Shown: positions 29,046 through 35,758 of the stretch, piece after piece
Layout of the letters: each line of letters starts with the position of its first letter
How positions within the stretch are numbered: the first letter of the stretch is position 1
Source of the DNA: an uncultured Actinomycetes bacterium
GTDB taxonomy: Bacteria; Actinomycetota; Coriobacteriia; Anaerosomatales; CAVRZR01
Direction: 5' to 3'
Length of the DNA: 64,000 nucleotides
Assembly (NCBI GenBank): GCA_963725795.1
Contig: CAVRZR010000003.1
Coordinates: 387,359-451,358 of the forward strand
Notes under the pieces: model-generated
Seen by the model: the letters and a program-made list of their open reading frames with translations, nothing else
Told to the model about the DNA's origin: nothing
Database searches by the model: none
Translations under genes and position numbers: made by a program

Positions 29046-30101
29046 CTGAGGGGCCGAAGCAGGACATACCTCATCTTCTTTCTCGCATGCCTCGTCGCTC
29101 TCTCAGCGAGTCCGGCTCTCGGGGCGCCCACCTCATCCAGTAAGCGGGCCGATGCCCGCGAGGTGAAAGCGCAGATCGACAGGCTCGATCGCAGGGTCGA
29201 GATCGCCGCGGAAGACTACAACGAGGCTTCCGAGCGCTTGGCCGAGTTGCGCAAGGGCGTGCGGGCGGAGCAAAAGCGCGTAGCGAAGGCTACCAAGCGG
29301 ATCGATGCCCTGCAGACAGACTTGAACGCACGCGTTTGGAGCATGTATCGCAGCGGTCCGGTGACGTTCGTTGAGGTTCTTCTCCAAGCCGAGGACTTCG
29401 ACGAATTCGCTTCGACCTGGGACACGCTGCGCAAGCTCAACGTACGCGACGCGCAAGACGTGGTCGCGCTCAACGAGGCGCGCGCCGAAGCCCGCGCGGC
29501 ACGCAAGGCGCTCGCGCTGAAGGAGGCCAAGGCCAAGCGCGTCGTCAAACGGATGGCTGAGCGCAGGGCGAGCATCCAGTCGCAGCTGGCGTCACGCAAG
29601 CGAATGCTTCAGGGTCTCGAGAGTCAGATCGCTGCTCTTGAGGCTGCCGAGGAAGCGCGAGCCGCCGCAAGGGTGCGAGCCGCTGCGGCAGCCGCCGCAG
29701 CATCCGTGGCGCGCTACGTGCCGGTCGTCGAACGCTACTTCCCGCCCCCCACCCGCGCGGCGCGCGGTGAAGTCGTCTCGGTCGCCCAACGTTACCTCGG
29801 GGCTCCCTACCGGTGGGGCGCTTCGGGTCCGAACAGCTTCGATTGCAGCGGATTCACGATGTACGTCTACCAGCAGGTGGGCGTATCCCTGCCCCACAAC
29901 TCGGGTGCTCAGTACGGCAGCGGAGAACATGTCTCGCGCGCGGATCTGCAGCCGGGCGATCTCGTCTTCTTCGGCTCGCCGATACACCACGTCGGCATCT
30001 ACGTCGGCGGCGGAGCATACATCCACTCGCCCCACACTGGGGACGTGGTGAAGATCTCCCCGCTCGATCGCGGAGACTACGCAGGCGCCGTCCGCCCGTA
30101 G
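29046..30101 (+). CDS. secreted NlpC/P60 peptidoglycan endopeptidase with coiled-coil N-domain
   Basis: Signal peptide RGRSRTYLIFFLACLVALSASPALGAP. Long coiled coil. C-terminal YRWGASGPNSFDCSGFTMYVYQ...GDLVFFGSPIHHVGIYVGGG. No ATG/GTG/TTG in frame between stop 29004-29006 and 29163; CTG 29046 follows GGGAGG. Confidence 0.75.
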   Translation: MRGRSRTYLIFFLACLVALSASPALGAPTSSSKRADAREVKAQIDRLDRRVEIAAEDYNEASERLAELRKGVRAEQKRVAKATKRIDALQTDLNARVWSMYRSGPVTFVEVLLQAEDFDEFASTWDTLRKLNVRDAQDVVALNEARAEARAARKALALKEAKAKRVVKRMAERRASIQSQLASRKRMLQGLESQIAALEAAEEARAAARVRAAAAAAAASVARYVPVVERYFPPPTRAARGEVVSVAQRYLGAPYRWGASGPNSFDCSGFTMYVYQQVGVSLPHNSGAQYGSGEHVSRADLQPGDLVFFGSPIHHVGIYVGGGAYIHSPHTGDVVKISPLDRGDYAGAVRP

Positions 30102-30223
30102 CCGAATTCCCGTTCGAGGCCAGCTCGCTTCACTGAGAAGTGCCCGTCATCGCTACAGTGACCCTCTCATGCTGCCGAAAATCGTCACGTGGGGGTACAA
30201 GCTGGGGTACGAGGGAGTGTGAG

Positions 30224-31327
30224 ATGGCGGACATCGGTGGGCTACTGCGAATCATGGTGAGTCTCGGAGGCTCCGACCTGCACATTAAGGCCGGCGCTCC
30301 TCCTTCCGTTCGAGTGGACGGCGTACTCAGGGTGCTGAGAGACATGCCTGCATACACGCCCCAAGAGGCTGAAGCGCTGGCTGCAAGCATCATGAACGAC
30401 CGGCAGCGCCTGCAGTTCGAGAATCAGCACGAGGTTGATTTCGCCTACTCAGTACACGATGTGGGCCGATTCCGGGCCAACGTGTTCCATCAGCGTGGCA
30501 CGGTGGGCGTCGCGTTGCGTCGCGTCGTCAAGGGCAACGCGACCATCCATGAGCTCGGGCTGCCGGCCACGGTTCTCAAACTGGCAGACGAGCCGCGCGG
30601 GCTCGTTCTGGTCACGGGCACCGCTGGATCGGGAAAGACGACAACGCTGGCCTCGATGATCGCGCACATCAACTCCTCGCGCGAGGGACACATCGTGACC
30701 ATCGAGGACCCCATCGAGGTGCTACACACCGATGACCGATGCGTCATCAATCAGCGGGAGATCGGTCTGGACACGGATTCCTACGCCGATGCACTGCGAC
30801 ACGTCGTCCGGCAGGACCCGGACATCATCTTCATCGGCGAGATGCGCGACCACGAGACCGTGTCGGCGGCCCTCACTGCCGCAGAGATCGGCAACCTGGT
30901 GCTCTCGACGCTACATACGATCGACGCCACGGAGACTATCAGCCGCATCATCGACTTCTTCCCTCCATACCAGCAGAAGCAGATCCGGCTCATGCTGGCA
31001 TCCACGCTCAAGGGGATCATTTCGCTCCGGCTCATCCCATCAGTCAGTGGTGGGCTCGTGCCTGCGGTTGAGATCATGGTCATGACCGGCACGATTCGCG
31101 AGTACATAACGGATCCGGAGCAGACGTACAAGATCCGTGACGCCATGGAAGACGGTGTCTACTACGGCATGCAGACGTTCGATCAGAGTCTGCTCCGGCT
31201 CTTCCAGGAGGGACGCATCGCCCTGGACGACGCCATCGCCATGGCGGCCAACGCGCATGACTTCAAGATCAAGCTGCGGCAGATCGGCGTATCGGCGGCC
31301 GAGACGGCTCGAAGCGGCGTCTACTGA
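30224..31327 (+). CDS. pilT: type IV pilus retraction ATPase PilT
   Basis: LVLVTGTAGSGKTTTLASMI Walker A; IVTIEDPIE; DPDIIFIGEMRD Walker B; VLSTLHT; typical PilT length of 367 aa. Confidence 0.85.
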   Translation: MADIGGLLRIMVSLGGSDLHIKAGAPPSVRVDGVLRVLRDMPAYTPQEAEALAASIMNDRQRLQFENQHEVDFAYSVHDVGRFRANVFHQRGTVGVALRRVVKGNATIHELGLPATVLKLADEPRGLVLVTGTAGSGKTTTLASMIAHINSSREGHIVTIEDPIEVLHTDDRCVINQREIGLDTDSYADALRHVVRQDPDIIFIGEMRDHETVSAALTAAEIGNLVLSTLHTIDATETISRIIDFFPPYQQKQIRLMLASTLKGIISLRLIPSVSGGLVPAVEIMVMTGTIREYITDPEQTYKIRDAMEDGVYYGMQTFDQSLLRLFQEGRIALDDAIAMAANAHDFKIKLRQIGVSAAETARSGVY

Positions 31328-31725
31328 GCGCCGCTGCGGCGCATCTGCCAACGACCTACCCTACCCAGCAGCCACGTCGCACACAGCGCGCCCACGCACG
31401 CGCCGAGCGTGTCCACCCCCCAGTCGGCGATATCCGGTGTGCGCATCGGGACGAACGCCTGGTGGAACTCGTCAGTGACTCCGTAGATCGAAGCCACGAG
31501 CACTGCGAGCGCGACCGCCGTGCCCGGCGTATGACTCCGGCGGAGAGGGAGCACGAGTAGCGCTCCGAGGCCGGCATACACGACGAAGTGACCGAGTGTC
31601 GCGTATCCACCCGGCAGCTTCGACCCGGGAACGGCCGAAAGCCTGAAGATCAGCGCCATCCACGCCGCCGACGGCAGCCACCGGAGCAGGAGGCCGGCTC
31701 GCGATACCCGACTGCGTGCACACAC
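31321..31725 (-). CDS. VanZ-like membrane protein
   Basis: WMALIFRLSAVPG...LGHFVVYAGLGALL...IYGVTDEFHQAFVPMRTPDIADWGVDTLGA. Start taken at GTG 31725; the ORF is open to 31833. Confidence 0.55.
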   Translation of the reverse strand: MCARSRVSRAGLLLRWLPSAAWMALIFRLSAVPGSKLPGGYATLGHFVVYAGLGALLVLPLRRSHTPGTAVALAVLVASIYGVTDEFHQAFVPMRTPDIADWGVDTLGACVGALCATWLLGRVGRWQMRRSGAQ

Positions 31726-31800
31726 GTCGCTCGTCCTCCGCTCCGCACAAGTTGTGCGCGAGTCTAGCACTCGATCCTCGCGAGGCGCTTCGGGTCGGGG

Positions 31801-32772
31801 TTGACGCACCTCCCTCTCGATGGGACGGTGCACACTCGGGCCGTAGAGCGTTCGCGCGGGAGGGCAGCATTGAGTCGAAACGCATCGGTGGCGGCGGTGG
31901 TGATCGCGGCGGCGTGCTTCGGCACGCTTGCGGTTCTGACTACCCTTGCGTACGAGCAGGGAGCTCGACCGCTCCCGCTTCTTACATGGCGCTTCGCGCT
32001 CGCATCGGTCCTTCTCTTCGGCTACCTGGCTGTCAAGCGGCCGCGGTCCGTGCTCGCGCCACTGTCAGACGTCATCCGCTACGGGGCACTGGCCGTCTTC
32101 GGCTACGGTGCCGCTTCGATCTGCTTCTTCTACGCCCTGAAGTTCACTGATGCCTCGGTAGTGGCAGTGCTTCTGTACACGTATCCCGCGATGGTCGCTC
32201 TTGCCGAATCCGTACTGTCACGGCGTCCCCTGACGCCGATGCGCGCACTTGCCGTGGCGCTGACCTTTGGCGGTTGCGTGCTGGTCCTCAACCCCTTCGG
32301 GGCGGGTGCGGCCGTGCAGCCCGTCGGGGTCGTGCTTGGACTTGGCGCCGCGGTCGGCTACAGCGTCTTCAACATGCTCTCGCACCGGTGGCTTCCTGGC
32401 CGCTCGCGTCTCGTGCTGATGGCCTACACCTTCGGGATCGCCGGCATCGGGATCGGTCTCATCACATTGCTTCGGGGAGACACGCTCTCGACAGCCGGCT
32501 GGACGTCCGCTGTGTGGGCGTTGCTGGGAGCGATCGTCTTGCTGCCGACGTTCCTTGCTGTCGTGCTCTACCTGCGGGGCATCCAGGAGCTCGGACCCTC
32601 GCAGGCGTCGATTCTCTCGACCTTCGAGCCCATCTTCACTATCCTGCTCGCGGCCGTCGCTTTGGGCGAGCGGCTCACGCTCGTCCAGTGGGCAGGCGCC
32701 GCGCTCGTTGTGGCAGGAGTGATGACGGCGGAGCGAGAGGCGCGTCCGACCGAGGATCTGGCTCTCATCTAG
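31801..32772 (+). CDS. EamA/DMT-family transporter (10 TM)
   Basis: Two EamA-like halves, e.g. FGYGAASICFFYALKFTDASVVAVLLYTYPAMVAL and AVVLYLRGIQELGPSQASILSTFEPIFTILLAAVALGERL. Start uncertain. Confidence 0.7.
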   Translation: MTHLPLDGTVHTRAVERSRGRAALSRNASVAAVVIAAACFGTLAVLTTLAYEQGARPLPLLTWRFALASVLLFGYLAVKRPRSVLAPLSDVIRYGALAVFGYGAASICFFYALKFTDASVVAVLLYTYPAMVALAESVLSRRPLTPMRALAVALTFGGCVLVLNPFGAGAAVQPVGVVLGLGAAVGYSVFNMLSHRWLPGRSRLVLMAYTFGIAGIGIGLITLLRGDTLSTAGWTSAVWALLGAIVLLPTFLAVVLYLRGIQELGPSQASILSTFEPIFTILLAAVALGERLTLVQWAGAALVVAGVMTAEREARPTEDLALI

Positions 32773-32785
32773 CGAGGAGACACAC

Positions 32786-33100
32786 GTGGCGGACCGTCGC
32801 GTCGACTACTACCGCGTCCTGCAAGTCCGTCGCGACGCGGAACCTGAAGTCATCGAGCGCGCGTACAAGGCGCTCTCGCTCAAGTACCACCCTGACGTCG
32901 CTCCGCCGCATCAAAGACCTGCTGCGACGAAGCGGATGCAACTCATCAATGAGGCGTATGGAACCCTCAAGGACCCTTCGGCGCGCCGACGCTACGACGC
33001 GACGCTCCCGCCGGAGGGGATGCCGCGTACTGCGTGGGACGAGTTCTGGGAGAAAGGTCTTGTCGGGCTCTTCCGGGAACGCTACTCCGCTCGGCGCTAG
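32786..33100 (+). CDS. J-domain (DnaJ N-terminal domain only) protein
   Basis: DYYRVLQVRRDAEPEVIERAYKALSLKYHPDV...INEAYGTLKDPSARRRYD. Confidence 0.7.
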   Translation: MADRRVDYYRVLQVRRDAEPEVIERAYKALSLKYHPDVAPPHQRPAATKRMQLINEAYGTLKDPSARRRYDATLPPEGMPRTAWDEFWEKGLVGLFRERYSARR

Positions 33101-34285
33101 CGATCCGCGTTTGTGCGCGGTCCGGCTCGGCGAATGCCGAGCGTGTGCCTGCCCAGGGTCCGGGCCAGTATCGGTGCAGAGAGCCCGATGACCTGGGGCG
33201 GGCAGAGCTCCTGGCAACAGTAGCAGCGGATGCACGTGCGGTGATCGAACGTCGGGCCCCCCTGACCAATCGCGATCGCACCGACCGGGCACGATCGTTC
33301 GCACGTGCGGCACTTCGTGCAGCCGCTTGTGCGTGCGAGATACGGTCTCGCTGTCGTCCACTGCCGGAGCCGCCTGCCGAGCCAGCGCGGCATCCTGCTC
33401 GAGAGATCGCGTGAAGGCAGCTCGAACTCGGCGGGAGAGAGTGCTCGCCAGTCCTCCCCGAGCATCTCGACCGCGTCCGCGCCGCTTGGACCCAAACCGC
33501 GCCGGGACGCCGCCTTGTTCGTGTAGACCTCGAGAGGGTCGAGCCCGGCCATCGCCGAGGCAACCACATCCAGGGCCACCGAATCGGTCGACGCAATCAA
33601 CGCTCCGATGGCGCGCGGTTTGCCGCCGGCAGGTCCATCGCCCTCCATACCGACGACGGCGTCCATCACTGCGAGGGCGGGTCGGCAGGCGAGCATGAGA
33701 TCGACGAGCATCTCGCCGAAGTCATCGCGGTCCGGCACCTTCAGATGGTATTGCGCTTTCTCCAGAGCCCGGGATGCAACCAAAGAGGTTCTTCACAGCA
33801 CCCGTGAACATCATGAAGCCGTGCGTCTTGAACTTGGGCACTGAGATCAAGACGTCCGCCTCGGCGACCAATCGTCCGACTGTGAACGCGCCGTAGAGCG
33901 TGCCGCTCGGGTTCGCGACCCTGATCGCGTCATCGTCGAACAGAACGAGTTCGGCCTCTTCTTCCGAGCAGACGGCGGCCATGCCCGTCGCCGCGTGCAA
34001 GGACCTGATCTGCGCGGAGGTGTTCGGACCGCCGGGACTGTCCCCGACCATCGGGAGACCGCCTGCTGCGCGCACCGAACGGACGAGAGCCCGGACGACT
34101 TCGGGATGCGTGGTGACAGCGCGCTCGGGCGTCGCCTTGGCGAGAAGGTTGACCTTGATCAGTACGCGGTCTCCCTCGCCGACGAATGCGCTCATGCCTC
34201 CGAGGGGAGCCAATGCGGCGTCGAGCGCAGCCGATACCGCCTCCGGATCGTAGGTGGCGCAGTGCGCGATGCTGACGCCGCTCAC
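33097..34285 (-). pseudogene. DUF362-domain protein with C-terminal 2x[4Fe-4S] ferredoxin domain (one frame change near 33775)
   Basis: GTG 34285. ...VLIKVNLL...VTTHPEVVRALV...ISVPKFKTHGFMMFTGAVKNLFGCIPG then a shift (G-run) to LEKAQYHLK...MDAVVGMEGDGP... and CTKCRTCERSCP / CIRCYCCQELCP. Confidence 0.7.
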
Positions 34286-34309
34286 CGGAGGGCGCGGCTC
34301 AGACGCCGA

Positions 34310-34648
34310 CTATGCTTCGACAGCATCGAGCTTGGTCTGAACGGCGCGCATGATCGCGGGATAGGACACCGCGCCATCGTAGAGCGGCGTGCCGTCGACC
34401 ACGGTTACCGGGTACAAGAGCCCACGCAGCTCGATCTCGTCGATCAGGCGGCGATGCTCGGCCTGTACGTCTGCTTGTGCGACATCGAGATAGACGATCC
34501 GAACGGAGTCGCCGAAACGGCGCTCGAGTTCGGCACGGACGATGGCCGTGATCTCCTCCGGAGACCACGACGGACCTCAACCGCCGCTGAAACATGAGGT
34601 CTGCGCGGGAAGATCGAGAACTTGGATTTTCACGGCCGGTTCTGCCAT
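34310..34648 (-). CDS. ArsD/YuzD-like thioredoxin-fold protein with in-frame UGA (candidate selenoprotein, C-X4-U)
   Basis: RBS AGGAG, ATG 34648. MAEPAVKIQVLDLPAQTSCFSGG-TGA(34579-34577)-GPSWSPEEITAIVRAELERRFGDSVRIVYLDVAQ...YPVTVVDGTPLYDGAVSYPAIMRAV...-TAG 34312-34310, all in one frame. Resembles ArsD (VFDPAMCCSTGVCG...LPLLLLDGE). Confidence 0.5.
34545..34571 (-). promoter_or_regulatory. SECIS-like hairpin 6 nt downstream of the in-frame UGA
   Basis: mRNA sense GUCGUGGUCUCC-GGA-GGAGAUCACGGC: 12 bp including two G-U pairs that would be mismatches on the opposite strand. The GG of the apical loop lies 17-19 nt after the UGA. Confidence 0.4.
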
Positions 34649-34674
34649 GTCTACTGCTCCTGTTCGCTCGTCGG

Positions 34675-34879
34675 CTAGTTCGATGATATCGCTTGGCCCG
34701 GACATACCCGCGCGCACACACCACAGCCCGCACACAGTTCGTCGAGAACGGCGTATCCGTTGGCGCCGGGGTAGGGCCCGCCGGGAACGGGGATTATTGC
34801 GCCTTTCGGACATACACGGCGCGCCGGGCAGCCCGGGTGATCTGTCGCAGGCGCTGGTGTCGATGCTGACGATACTCAT
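34675..34879 (-). pseudogene. small 2x[4Fe-4S] ferredoxin (frame change in first cluster motif)
   Basis: RBS GGAAGGA, ATG 34879. MSIVSIDTSACD... then a shift to ...GCPARRVCPKGAIIPVPGGPYPGANGYAVLDELCAGCGVCARVCPGQAISSN-TAG 34677-34675. Confidence 0.55.
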
Positions 34880-34923
34880 CGTGATCCTTCCGTTCACATG
34901 TGATGCCCTACTCTTGACTTCGG

Positions 34924-34952
34924 AATATACCCCATGGGGTATCGGTTGGCAA
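34924..34952 (-). promoter_or_regulatory. sigma-70-like promoter of the ferredoxin / Sec-protein / DUF362 operon
   Basis: Minus-strand TTGCCA (34952-34947), 17-nt spacer, TATATT (34929-34924), about 45 nt upstream of ATG 34879. Confidence 0.45.
34927..34942. promoter_or_regulatory. perfect 16-bp palindrome ATACCCCATGGGGTAT (operator candidate, CsoR/RcnR-like shape)
   Basis: Fills the spacer and overlaps the -10 of the minus-strand promoter. It sits in the divergent intergenic region with ridA. Confidence 0.5.
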
Positions 34953-35026
34953 GCACACGTGACTCTCGACGGAGCGGGATGGCGCGCGCAGTTGGTAGAC
35001 TCGAGCCGGCTAAGAGAGGAGCTGCC

Positions 35027-35497
35027 GTGACATCATCGAGGATCGTTGCCGGGCGCCTGGCCGACGCGGGACTTGAACTGCCGACCCCGCCCGCTGCGCT
35101 GGGGCAATACGTGCCCGCCGTGCGTTGGGCGGATGTCGTCTTCACGTCGGGCCAACTCCCGTTGCGCGAGGGGGATTTGATCGCCAGCGGGCTCGTCGGA
35201 CAGGAGGTGTCCGTGGAGGTGGCGGCCCTGTGTGCTCGGCAGGCCGTGCTGAACGCACTTGCGGCGGCTGCGACCGTATGCGATCTCGACGAAGTCGATC
35301 GCGCGATCAAGCTGGTCGGGTACGTTGCCAGCGCCGAGACATTCACAGCGCAGCCGACAGTCGTCAATGGCGCGAGCGAAGTGCTCGCGATCGCGTTCGG
35401 CGAAGCCGGAAGGCATGCACGGGAGGCCGTGGGCGTGGCCAGGCTCCCGCTCGACTCGCCCGTGGAGCTGTCACTCGTCCTGGGTCTCGCTACCTGA
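35027..35497 (+). CDS. ridA: RidA/YjgF-family reactive-intermediate deaminase
   Basis: RBS GAGAGGAG, GTG 35027. ...VVFTSGQLPL...QARQAVLNALAA...VKLVGYVAS...ARLPLDSPVEL typical of YjgF/RidA. Confidence 0.75.
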   Translation: MTSSRIVAGRLADAGLELPTPPAALGQYVPAVRWADVVFTSGQLPLREGDLIASGLVGQEVSVEVAALCARQAVLNALAAAATVCDLDEVDRAIKLVGYVASAETFTAQPTVVNGASEVLAIAFGEAGRHAREAVGVARLPLDSPVELSLVLGLAT

Positions 35498-35758
35498 ACG
35501 GACCTCAAACGAAGCGCCGTGGGAAGCGTGAATCGTCGCACGGAGCTGCAGTCGACCCGCACTCGACGCTGGCGCGCGTGATTCGAAACACGGTGCACGT
35601 GCGGGCAGGGAAGATGCGTGCGGCGTCGAATCTCGTGGCAGATGCTGGACTGTGCGGTTGAGGGCGGCCAGCGGTTTCAGATATCGTTAGCTTTCAGGAA
35701 TGGGAGCGGGCGCTGCCCGTTCTTGTCGTGCGCGGCGAGAGCACCCGGGAGAGGACAC

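Noticed and set aside
34894-34903. 10-bp palindrome TCACATGTGA just upstream of the ferredoxin start (CRP/FNR-like half-sites)
   Set aside because: The half-sites abut with no spacer, whereas CRP/FNR sites are TGTGA-N6-TCACA. It lies in the transcribed leader just upstream of the RBS. The 16-bp palindrome in the promoter is the better operator candidate.
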